Positions 1-10,786 of a stretch of 33,865 bases of DNA are shown one piece after another (positions within the stretch are counted from its first letter, which is position 1; each line of letters begins with the position of its first letter). The stretch is taken from contig NC_068983.1 of the NCBI RefSeq assembly GCF_001194135.2, positions 45,553,065 through 45,586,929 of the forward strand, read 5' to 3'. The position numbers and the translations under genes were made by a program. Source of the DNA: Octopus bimaculoides. Taxonomy: Eukaryota. The notes beneath the pieces were generated by a model, which made no database searches, had not been told where the DNA came from, and saw only the letters and a list, made by a program, of their open reading frames with translations.

Positions 1-241
1 ATATATATATGTATGTATGTGTGTGTATATGTTTGTGTGTCTGTGTTTGTCCCCCCAACATCGCTTGACAACCGATGCTGGTGTGTTTACGTCCCCGTAA
101 CTTAACGGTTCGGCAAAAGAGACCGATAGAATAAGTACTAGGCTTACAAAGAATAAGTCTTGGGGTCGATTTGCTCGACTAAAGGCGGTGCTCCAGCATG
201 GCCGCAGTCAAATGACTGAAACAAGTAAAAGAGTAAAAGAG
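1..241 (+). mobile_element. SINE family D, 3' half (internal TA/TG microsatellite followed by tail)
   Basis: GTTTGTCCCCCCAACATCGCTTGACAACCGATG...GGCGGTGCTCCAGCATGGCC is nearly identical to the 3' half of the fuller copy at 24192-24544, which carries a tRNA-like head. Confidence 0.85.
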
Positions 242-307
242 TATACATGCATACACACATGCATACATACATACAAACATACAAACAAACATACATACAT
301 ACATACA

Positions 308-339
<32 letters not shown>

Positions 340-340
340 G
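242..340. repeat. (CATA)n/(CAAA)n tetranucleotide microsatellite
   Basis: Directly visible; source of the spurious MYVC ORFs. Confidence 0.95.
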
Positions 341-1231
341 GTGTAGATTTATAGCAACGAAGCACATACGAATTGGTATGGGTTAGAAATTGACGTTAAA
401 ATGGTAAAAGGTATGTGAAATCATTTTGTATCGCCGTTAGATTGTCGTCATACCAGATAAAGCAAAAATGTCCTAGACGTGAAAAGGGTTCCGTTTAACG
501 TAGCTCAAGTGCACATATTTCTCAATTCAATGGTTAACTCGAAGCTAAAAGATTTTTGATAAAAAGTAAAAGGTATCATAGAATTCCAGTACGACAAAAC
601 AGGGATCCATATGGTAACTAAAAAAACTTGTTCATCAAACGGTCATGCTTTAATTACTTTTATCACGAATCAATCATCTGCAAATAGCTGGAACGCTTTG
701 ATTGTAAGTCTATTCAAGCAGGTCTCACTTAAAGTTAAACAGTAACACACGATGAATTGTTGTAATATTCCTTTATATTCACAATTCAAATACCACCCAA
801 GACCATTTTGTTATTATTTTCAGGACATTGAAGTGAGTGGCTGGTTCATTGTAACAGTCTATACCTTAAAAGGCGGTGCCCGAGGAGGTCACGGTCCAGT
901 GACTGTAATTAAATATCAAGAACATACACCCAGTCTGTCTCTATAGAAAGGTTTTGTAATATAATCGTATAGAGAATTAATTATTAATTGTTTGATCTGT
1001 TCCACATTGTATTACATGTGTAGATATACACATGCAATCTACATGCAATGAACATGTATGTATGTATGTGCGTACGTACATACGTACGTACGTATGTCTG
1101 TTTGTATGTATGTATGTATGTATGTATGCTGCATGTATGTTCTAACAGAATTCCCGGATTAAAGAATTAAAAGCAGAATGAAATTTCATTCTAAACTTGA
1201 TATATATTCTTAACACTTATTGTGATTAATG

Positions 1232-1614
1232 TGGAGGCGCAATGGCCCAGTGGTTAGGGCTGCGGACTCGCGGTCATAGGATTGCGGTTTCGATTCCCAG
1301 ACCGGGCGTTGTGAGTGTTTATTGAGCGAAAACACCTAAAGCCCCACGAGGCACCGACAGGGGATGGTGGCGAACCCTGTTGTACTCTTCCACCACAACT
1401 TTCTCTCACTCTTACTTCCTGTTTCTGTTGTGCCTGTAATTCAAAGGGTCAGCCTTGTCACACTATGTCACGCTGAATATTCCCGAGAACTACGTTAAGG
1501 GTACACGTGTCTGTGGAGTGCTCATCCACTTGCACGTTAATTTCACGAGCAGGCTGTTCCGTTGATCGCATTAACTGGAGCCCTCGACGTCGTAAGCGAC
1601 GGAGTGCCAACAAC
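1232..1614 (+). mobile_element. Full-length tRNA-derived SINE, family A, with 13-bp TSD
   Basis: A-box TGGCCCAGTGG (1243-1253), B-box-like GGTTTCGATTCCC (1286-1298), (CAA)-type tail. ATTGTGATTAATG flanks it at 1219-1231 and 1615-1627. Aligns end-to-end with 18344-18731. Resembles published octopus tRNA-SINEs (OK/OR1/OR2 group); exact family not assigned. Confidence 0.93.
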
Positions 1615-1744
1615 ATTGTGATTAATGATTCTAACATTACTGGCATTACTACAAATTGTTAACTTAGAAAAAGAAAAAGAACATAAAGTAAATTATGATA
1701 AAACTTATCATATGATAAGACATCTTTATATAAATTTTCCCAAT

Positions 1745-2190
1745 GGAGTGTAATTGAGCATCCAACATACACCTGTCCATGAGAGACGTTAGTCTCCTCT
1801 AAATGCAAGCCATTTACTTATAATGTCTGTTCCTGAGATTCATTGATGGACTTTGCATAACTTAATCTAACTGGAAACTTTACACTTTTAAGCTGCACTG
1901 GTAGATCTATAGGTATAAACGGAATTCTTGAAATGAATACATTATCACCTGCTCCTCGCCCAAAGAATATAGTAGCTTCTATAAAATACAGATTCATTTT
2001 CTTCCCAATTAGTGTTGTTCCGGTACACAATTTTGGAAGATGCAAATTTCTTAGAAACATAATAAGCTCTCCAAAATCAGGCCAAATTTACAGGAGGTAA
2101 ACTTGATAGTTCCAATGAGTTTAAAGACTCGACTGGATAATTTACTGTTTCTGATTGATCAACAACAGTATTTGTAACTTTTTCATTGTG
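1745..2190 (-). pseudogene. Helitron RepHel PIF1-like helicase C-terminal fragment (frameshift and stop)
   Basis: Minus strand reads TVVDQSETVNYPVESLNSLELSSLPPVNL, frameshift, MFLRNLHLPKLCTGTTL...FISRIPFIP...FPVRLSYAKSINESQEQTL*, then VSHGQVYVGCS (SHGQVYVGCS at 1755-1784). These match the Helitron/PIF1 motifs YPxEFLNS, MLLRN, LCNGT, QFPxRLAFAxTINKSQGQTL and FSHGQLYVAxSR. Confidence 0.88.
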
Positions 2191-2268
2191 CCAAAGACGT
2201 GACCACCACTCAACTGGTTTTTGAGTACAAAGGAAACAGGTACACAAACATACCAATTGTGTGTGTGT

Positions 2269-2313
<45 letters not shown>

Positions 2314-2779
2314 NNNNNNNNNNNNNNNNNNNNNNNNNNNNNNNNNNNNNNNNNNNNNNNNNNNNNNNNNNNNNNNNNNNNNNNNNNNNNNNNNNNNNNN
2401 NNNNNNNNNNNNNNNNNNNNNNNNNNNNNNNNNNNNNNNNNNNNNNNNNNNNNNNNNNNNNNNNNNNNNNNNNNNNNNNNNNNNNNNNNNNNNNNNNNNN
2501 NNNNNNNNNNNNNNNNNNNNNNNNNNNNNNNNNNNNNNNNNNNNNNNNNNNNNNNNNNNNNNNNNNNNNNNNNNNNNNNNNNNNNNNNNNNNNNNNNNNN
2601 NNNNNNNNNNNNNNNNNNNNNNNNNNNNNNNNNNNNNNNNNNNNNNNNNNNNNNNNNNNNNNNNNNNNNNNNNNNNNNNNNNNNNNNNNNNNNNNNNNNN
2701 NNNNNNNNNNNNNNNNNNNNNNNNNNNNNNNNNNNNNNNNNNNNNNNNNNNNNNNNNNNNNGATGTAAACAACAAAAGG

Positions 2780-3170
2780 ATGTATTAGTTTAACGTTCGG
2801 GAATAGAGAAAGTCTTTAACGTTTCGAGCTACGATCTTCAACAGAAAGAATACGGAGAAAACAAGGAGAAAAACACGGAGAAAAAAAATTGAATGTTTTG
2901 GTCAGCGATCTATCATATTTGTATGTATATATATATGTATATAAAAAATACAAAAATGGGACAAGAACACAAACCATCCAGACAGTTAGGTGATACGAAA
3001 AAGGGACAACAATACATCCAGACAGACGATACAAAGAAAACATGGACGGGTCATTCGGAGTTTTCTATCCTCAGTCGTGTTCCGGATTATCTTTGCAATT
3101 TCGGCTGGTTATACTCGAGATTGCTCCAGCCTGGCCAGCTCCAAGGAAAAAACTATGCTAAGGAGATGAC
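2780..3170 (-). mobile_element. Probable Penelope-like element terminal-repeat remnant with degenerate minimal hammerhead motif
   Basis: Minus strand 2849-2813 reads UCUUU-CUGUUGA-A-GAUC-GUA-GCUC-GAAAC-GUU-AAAGA. PLE assignment is inferred from this motif; boundaries are approximate. Confidence 0.45.
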
Positions 3171-3766
3171 ACCAGTGGTTTTAAGGTTAGGAGGAGTCTA
3201 GCAGTAAGATTCAGTTTAAACGAAGTAACCACGCAACTAAACTGTTACGATGTATTCTTTGTAACATAAACTTATACAATTACATTTGCCTATACGACTT
3301 ACCACGCAGATCATTATCTACGTATGCAATTATCAATGCATGTATCATTATTATTTTATGTATGTTTGATTAAATATATCCTCGCTCTTTTTCGCCAGAC
3401 ATTATTCATCTTGGTCTTCTCATATTACATCGTCAAGAAATATCTATTCATTTGGATATTGAATCGACAAATAAAAGCGAATATATTGGTTACCACGAAG
3501 ATGTCGATCCCAAAGGTTGCTTTCACGGTGCTATTGGTGCTGTTACTGCTACTGGGACTGCTGATGCTGTTATTGAAGTTGTGGGTGATGATGATAATGA
3601 TGGAAATTTCTGATGAGAGCGGAACACAGCGTTAGTCATCGGTTTCTTAGGGTATTGCCAACAAACTCTAGTTTGAATCGTAACAGGAAAGCAAATGTCA
3701 ATTTGTGGCATTATAAACCCGAGTAAAAGCACCAGTTAAAAATAACAAGAGTCGTTGTATTAGCTG

Positions 3767-3768
<2 letters not shown>

Positions 3769-3802
<34 letters not shown>

Positions 3803-4000
3803 TGATGATGATGATGATTATGATGATGATGATGATGATGATGATGAAGAAGAAGAAGAAGAAGAAGAAGAAGAAGAAGAAGAAGAAGAAGAAGAAGAAG
3901 AAGAAGAAGAAGAAGAAGAAGAAGAAGAAGAAGAGCAACAACAACAACAGCAGCAACAGCAGCAACAGCAGTAACAGCAGCAGCAGCAGCAGCAACAACA
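3769..4000. repeat. Compound trinucleotide array (AAT)n-(GAT)n-(GAA)29-(CAA)n-(CAG)n
   Basis: Directly visible; GAA run 3846-3932. Confidence 0.97.
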
Positions 4001-4124
4001 TTAATGTACCAACGCCCGTTGATTCAGAAAGGCAACATCAACGCCCTTTCTTTCGTTTAATCGCCCCCTAAATTTCTGGAAAGCTCTTAATTATATCTAA
4101 ACAGAATGATTTCGTCTGTGAAGT

Positions 4125-4375
4125 GGCCGCGATGATGATAATTATAATGATGATTCTGATGATGATGATGATGACAATGATGATGATGATGAAGCTAATG
4201 GTAATGATGACGATGTCCACGACGGCAATGATGATGATGATGATGATGATGAAGACGGCGACGATGGAGATGATGGTGGTTATGGTGGTGGTGGTGGTGG
4301 TGGTGGTGGTGTAGGTGGTGGTGGCGGTGATGATGATAATGTAAACGACTGGAAGTGAGATAATGATGATGGTCG
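4125..4375. repeat. Degenerate (GAT)n/(GGT)n trinucleotide array
   Basis: Directly visible. Confidence 0.9.
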
Positions 4376-4493
4376 TGATAAAGGGAGTGTAACATTTTCC
4401 CTCTCGAAATGATGAGTAAGAAATGTGAATGACAGATAAATGTTGGATATACATACATATCTGTGTGTATATGTGTGCGCGTGCGTGTGAGTG

Positions 4494-4804
4494 TTTGCAT
4501 GGAAAACAAACCTCACCCAGCTATTCTGATTATATGTCTGTGCACACGTTTGAATGTGGTGTGTGCCAGAGGGTTTGCAAATCCAATGGGGGTCTTAAAA
4601 GACATGTTAGGATCCACAATGAGCAGAACTTACTTGCAGGTATTGGTAGTGCAAATCAGAGGTGCAATCTGTGTGGGTGTTTTTTCAAAACACTGTCTGG
4701 TTTAAAAAGCCACATCAGACGCCATGAAAGGGCTAAGGTGTAGGTGCAGGAGGTGGTCAAACTCTGTTTAAGGAGTAGACAACCACGATATATATATATA
4801 TATA
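4494..4804 (+). mobile_element. 5'-truncated LINE 3' end (RTE-like) encoding two C2H2 zinc fingers, short 3' UTR and (AT)n tail
   Basis: Open frame FECGVCQRVCKSNGGLKRHVRIH...RCNLCGCFFKTLSGLKSHIRRHERAKV* has two C-x2-C-x12-H-x3-H fingers (4555-4617, 4663-4725). Stop at 4741-4743, ~45-nt UTR, then (AT)n; the 5' side abuts a (TG)n tract. LINE origin and clade are inferred. Confidence 0.65.
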
Positions 4805-6739
4805 NNNNNNNNNNNNNNNNNNNNNNNNNNNNNNNNNNNNNNNNNNNNNNNNNNNNNNNNNNNNNNNNNNNNNNNNNNNNNNNNNNNNNNNNNNNNNNNN
4901 NNNNNNNNNNNNNNNNNNNNNNNNNNNNNNNNNNNNNNNNNNNNNNNNNNNNNNNNNNNNNNNNNNNNNNNNNNNNNNNNNNNNNNNNNNNNNNNNNNNN
5001 NNNNNNNNNNNNNNNNNNNNNNNNNNNNNNNNNNNNNNNNNNNNNNNNNNNNNNNNNNNNNNNNNNNNNNNNNNNNNNNNNNNNNNNNNNNNNNNNNNNN
5101 NNNNNNNNNNNNNNNNNNNNNNNNNNNNNNNNNNNNNNNNNNNNNNNNNNNNNNNNNNNNNNNNNNNNNNNNNNNNNNNNNNNNNNNNNNNNNNNNNNNN
5201 NNNNNNNNNNNNNNNNNNNNNNNNNNNNNNNNNNNNNNNNNNNNNNNNNNNNNNNNNNNNNNNNNNNNNNNNNNNNNNNNNNNNNNNNNNNNNNNNNNNN
5301 NNNNNNNNNNNNNNNNNNNNNNNNNNNNNNNNNNNNNNNNNNNNNNNNNNNNNNNNNNNNNNNNNNNNNNNNNNNNNNNNNNNNNNNNNNNNNNNNNNNN
5401 NNNNNNNNNNNNNNNNNNNNNNNNNNNNNNNNNNNNNNNNNNNNNNNNNNNNNNNNNNNNNNNNNNNNNNNNNNNNNNNNNNNNNNNNNNNNNNNNNNNN
5501 NNNNNNNNNNNNNNNNNNNNNNNNNNNNNNNNNNNNNNNNNNNNNNNNNNNNNNNNNNNNNNNNNNNNNNNNNNNNNNNNNNNNNNNNNNNNNNNNNNNN
5601 NNNNNNNNNNNNNNNNNNNNNNNNNNNNNNNNNNNNNNNNNNNNNNNNNNNNNNNNNNNNNNNNNNNNNNNNNNNNNNNNNNNNNNNNNNNNNNNNNNNN
5701 NNNNNNNNNNNNNNNNNNNNNNNNNNNNNNNNNNNNNNNNNNNNNNNNNNNNATATATGTATGTATGTATGTATGTATGTATATACACACACGTGTGTGT
5801 GTGTGCTTTGCTAAAACTTTTACTTGAAGATTCCCTACGAGAATTTTATTGATTTAATGTAAAAAAAAATTCAAACAGGACACGCTACTCCTCAATGTAT
5901 AATTATTAACTTATAATAAAGAATAGACAATATTTATGTCCTGTCCTGACAATTTCACTGGCGTTTATTTTGTCGTGATAATAGTGATAGTATAGAATTA
6001 CATTATTATTTCAGTGCATTTCGTTATTTCGTTGTCCATTAAAATGAGATTTTATTGCATTTATAGTTCAGTGGGATGTACGTTTGGCACGTGACTAAAG
6101 AGATACGCCAAGAGAGCATGAACTATCATTAGATATAGGACTAATAAACTCTTAATACATAAACATATATGTCCACAGAGGCAAATATGTGTACAGAAAA
6201 CCTACTATATTTCTGTTAAAATATAGTTATTACTGCGAACGTCACTGACGGCTAATAACGGTAAATTTTGACGGTTTAAAAAAATTCTAGCAGCATCACC
6301 GTGTATGAAAGCAGCAGCGCTCTCATACTGCATGGACATCTAAGAAATTCCGGGTTTGAGTCTGGAATGCTGGAAGACCACTGGGAAACTTCTCAGCTTT
6401 TGTTAAAGCATCTCTAGGATGTCATATTGATATAAAATCATCGTAATGCAAGGAAAGGCTTTGAACATTTTAGTGATCGTTTTGTTTGAGCTTGAGATTA
6501 TGGCGATTCTGCACTCCTGAGCCTGAGACCCATATTCGCACTGGATATCTTGCCCGGGTTTATCTCTGGATTATGTTAGTTTTTGGAGAGGATATGCGAG
6601 GAGCTCTGCAAGCCTTATTGGACCTAAAATTTTAGGTTGTGAAATTGCCAGCGAAGTGAACTTCTGACGCCCAGTGGAGTAGGTGGGCTTCGTCGCGGGC
6701 GAGAACTCAGTTGAAGTGGACGGTAGGTGCAATAAACTC

Positions 6740-6823
6740 ATGCACTGGCATTTCTGGCATTTTGCATAGGTGATGGTCTGTGATGGTCTTCCGTCGCGAG
6801 TGGACAGCCATCACACACACACA

Positions 6824-6875
<52 letters not shown>
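6740..6875 (+). mobile_element. Possible second RTE-like LINE 3' terminus with (CA)n tail
   Basis: TGGTCTTCCGTCGCGAGTGGACAGCCATCA followed by (CA)n resembles TGGTCAAACTCTGTTTAAGGAGTAGACAACCACG followed by (AT)n at ~4750-4790. No upstream reading frame was recovered. Confidence 0.35.
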
Positions 6876-6877
<2 letters not shown>

Positions 6878-7764
6878 CGCACATACGTATGTGCGTGTGT
6901 GTGCTTGCATCTCTACTTCCTCTAGAGGAATTTAAAACTTTAATTAGTCTTAATTAGTAATGAACTGCTTCGATTTATACGTGCATAACAGAGAAAATTC
7001 TCTTTGTCCATAGATCAGTCTGATCAACCGTCCATCGATCCAACCACGCGAACATACATCCACTCATTTATCCATCTACTAATATACATCTGTTCCTCTC
7101 TCTCTCCCTTTCTTTCTCCTCTCTCCATTGCTCTCTCTTTCTCTATTCATCGCCCCATTTGCTTACTTACCTATTAATTTTGTTTATCCGTCTACCTAGA
7201 TATTAATCTACGAGTATATGCATTTATATTTACGCTAGAATATTGCCCCCTTTTAATTCACAGGTTCTACATTAATAAATATACGAAACGGTCTCTTGTT
7301 GGTGCACTTACTCGCGTAATCACACACAAACATATGTATGTGTGCTTAGAAAGTGAGAGCGAGAAAGAATTGGAAGGGAGAAATAACCTCGTTTAGAAAG
7401 ACCATCAAATAGTCATGCATATACCCTCACGCATACAGTCACAATATAAATGCACACACGCACACAAATACACAAACACCCACAATACATAACGGGCAAA
7501 CGAACGAAAGCAGTTTTTCCACGAGAAAAAGATTAATTAATGAGCAGAAAAGTTATTTGTTTTTCTAAAGTGTCAAAGATAACTTCACGAAATGTACACT
7601 ATTTTAATAATATTTTTCAGAGGTACACTGCGGATAATTACATGGTCCTAAACGGCGTTTAATGCGTCTGGAGAGAAAAAAAAATATTAAAAGATAAAGC
7701 AGACTGATAATGAGTATATATGTACATACATATATACATATATAGGTACATATACATATATATA

Positions 7765-7818
<54 letters not shown>

Positions 7819-8020
7819 AATGCATAAATACAAGCTCACATGCATATACACAGGATTACATACGGGTATTCATACATATACGTGTGTGTGTGTGTGTATA
7901 AACAAGGGTACAAAATAGTACTGGCAATTGCTAGAAATAGGAGTCAATTCGACATCGGCGGAATTTGAATACACGAAGTGTTTTGTCCGCCGCCGCTTTA
8001 ATAATAATGTCAATAATAAT

Positions 8021-8195
8021 CCTTTCTACTATAGACACAAGGTCTGAAATTTACTGGAAGATGATTAATCGTTTACATCCACGCCAGTGTTTCACTTGTA
8101 GCTAATTTATCGACCCCGAAAAGATAAAAGGCAAAGTTGACCTCGGTGGAATTTGAACTCAGAACCTCCAGCTGTCTAACGATACTGCTAGCCTG
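8021..8195 (-). mobile_element. SINE family B, degenerate
   Basis: ATCGACCCCGAAAAGATAAAAGGCAAAGTTGACCTCGGTGGAATTTGAACTCAGAA is the reverse complement of the family B core at 15345-15560. Confidence 0.8.
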
Positions 8196-8221
8196 CAGCA
8201 ATGATAATAATAATAATAATA

Positions 8222-8254
<33 letters not shown>

Positions 8255-8517
8255 ACAATAATGATATATTGTTTACGTCATTATAGCTTTGAACTTGAAG
8301 AATAAGAACGAATTTCACACGCACACACACACACACACACATATGTATGTATGTTTGTATGTATATATGTTTGCATGTATGTATGTTTGTATGTATGTAT
8401 GTATGTTTGTATGTACGTATATATATAAATGCAGAGACAGGCAGACAAGCAAACAGACAGACAGACAGGCAGACAGGCAGGCAGACAGGCAGACAGGCAG
8501 ACAGACCGATAGATAGC

Positions 8518-8549
<32 letters not shown>

Positions 8550-8900
8550 CAGATGCGTGTATGTATACGAATATATGGGATGATGGAATGTAGGACGCCT
8601 TTGAGCATAATTCTGGTAAACTCTTAGGAGATGAGATACCCTGTCTTCTAGAACGAGATGAAATAAAGCAACAGAATGCACCAGAACGACTGCGGTGTAT
8701 TTAATTTGTGCTTAAATGCAAATGGAATTCGTTGTCCAATGTATTGCTACATCCCCATCAGTAATAAAGGAAATACACGTGATTGTAGACATATATCACA
8801 CATTCAGGATTCATACACAAATACACAAACTCACATAGATTATAAATACATGAATATACATGTACATATGTATATATGCTTATATGAGTGTCTATCTAGC

Positions 8901-8937
<37 letters not shown>

Positions 8938-9716
8938 NNNNNNNNNNNNNNNNNNNNNNNNNNNNNNNNNNNNNNNNNNNNNNNNNNNNNNNNNNNNNNN
9001 NNNNNNNNNNNNNNNNNNNNNNNNNNNNNNNNNNNNNNNNNNNNNNNNNNNNNNNNNNNNNNNNNNNNNNNNNNNNNNNNNNNNNNNNNNNNNNNNNNNN
9101 NNNNNNNNNNNNNNNNNNNNNNNNNNNNNNNNNNNNNNNNNNNNNNNNNNNNNNNNNNNNNNNNNNNNNNNNNNNNNNNNNNNNNNNNNNNNNNNNNNNN
9201 NNNNNNNNNNNNNNNNNNNNNNNNNNNNNNNNNNNNNNNNNNNNNNNNNNNNNNNNNNNNNNNNNNNNNNNNNNNNNNNNNNNNNNNNNNNNNNNNNNNN
9301 NNNNNNNNNNNNNNNNNNNNNNNNNNNNNNNNNNNNNNNNNNNNNNNNNNNNNNNNNNNNNNNNNNNNNNNNNNNNNNNNNNNNNNNNNNNNNNNNNNNN
9401 NNNNNNNNNNNNNNNNNNNNNNNNNNNNNNNNNNNNNNNNNNNNNNNNNNNNNNNNNNNNNNNNNNNNNNNNNNNNNNNNNNNNNNNNNNNNNNNNNNNN
9501 NNNNNNNNNNNNNNNNNNNNNNNNNNNNNNNNNNNNNNNNNNNNNNNNNNNNNNNNNNNNNNNNNNNNNNNNNNNNNNNNNNNNNNNNNNNNNNNNNNNN
9601 NNNNNNNNNNNNNNNNNNNNNNNNNNNNNNNNNNNNNNNNNNNNNNNNNNNNNNNNNNNNNNNNNNNNNNNNNNNNNNNNNNNNNNNNNNNNNNNNNNNN
9701 NNNNNNNNNNNNNNNN

Positions 9717-9754
<38 letters not shown>

Positions 9755-10659
9755 GTGTGTGTGTGTGGTATGTATTTATGTATATGTACATATGTGTGGA
9801 TGTGTGAATATATATATACACATAATATATTTGTATATAAATATATAGACTGAAAGATAGATAGATAGATAGATAGATAGACGAAATATATTTATGCTTA
9901 CATGTATGTACATGCATATTCGCATATGTGTATGTGTGCGCGTGAGGTTTGTGTGTGTGTGTATTTGTGTTTGTGTGTGTGTATGTGTGTGTGTGTGTGC
10001 GTGCGCGCGCGCGCGTGTGTGTCTGCAGGGGCATAATATCTTTGATGAAGACGAGTGAAAGCAAATACGTCCAGAGACATAACCAACATATTTTATCTCC
10101 CTTTCTTCCCGCACTTTAACGACCTGCATGTTAGTGCTTATTCTTGGGTGAGAGGGTACATTCAACGTTAAGAGGAATCAAAGTCAACATAAATACATCC
10201 ACAAACACGCACACACACACACACACATAGATGTACCAACAAATCTCTCCAAGTAAATCGTAATATGCTTGTGATATTATTCAAAACATCTCATGTGACG
10301 AACTGAATTCGTTAAAGAATCTTACAACGAGAAATCCTTGCTACTGTGCTAAATTTGGCAGCATCATATAATAGGGAGAGAAATTAGGCTCCATGTAATC
10401 GAACCTAGTATTTAATTTATATTTATTGTTTCTATATTAGACCGGAGGTAAGCTCGCTTGTCTAAAGTTTCTTAAATATATCGGTAGGTTTGTGGTCTCT
10501 TGGGTCCGAAAAAGGTTCTGCAGTTTCCTGCTGAACACAACTACACTGATGATTTGTTTATAGAGATCAAATGTATGAGCTCCACATTAGCTTACTTCCT
10601 CCATCAAATGGACTTTGCCTGAACAAGTGCACGGTGTACCACGCGTCAGGTGTCAAAGT

Positions 10660-10786
10660 GATCGAAGAGCAACTTGAAGTTAAGTGTTTTGCTCGAGAAC
10701 ACAAGGCGCCGATCGGCCCGGGAAACGAACCCACTATCTCTCAATCGCGATTGCAACACTTTAACCATTATGTCATGCGCATTCAC
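10660..10786 (-). mobile_element. SINE family C 5' part, degenerate
   Basis: Reverse complement resembles the head and TGTGTCCTTGAGCAAGACACTT core of 29596-29905. Confidence 0.6.

Noticed and set aside
1232-1305. tRNA-like sequences with A and B boxes (also 18344, 20299, 24192, 26944)
   Set aside because: They are SINE heads continuous with SINE bodies and TSDs; no convincing cloverleaf or acceptor stem, so not called tRNA genes.
3600-3730. Unique island with TGATGA (box C-like) between trinucleotide arrays
   Set aside because: No terminal box D or terminal stem, and no recognisable reading frame or splice pair.
4429-4743. 104-aa ORF as a stand-alone host C2H2-ZNF gene
   Set aside because: The N-terminus is microsatellite-derived, there is no TGEKP linker, and it ends in a short UTR plus (AT)n tail. 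A LINE 3' end is the simpler explanation.
8560-8690. Minus-strand acceptor-like TTTATTTCATCTCGTTCTAG followed by open frames
   Set aside because: No strong donor and no recognisable peptide; insufficient support for an exon.
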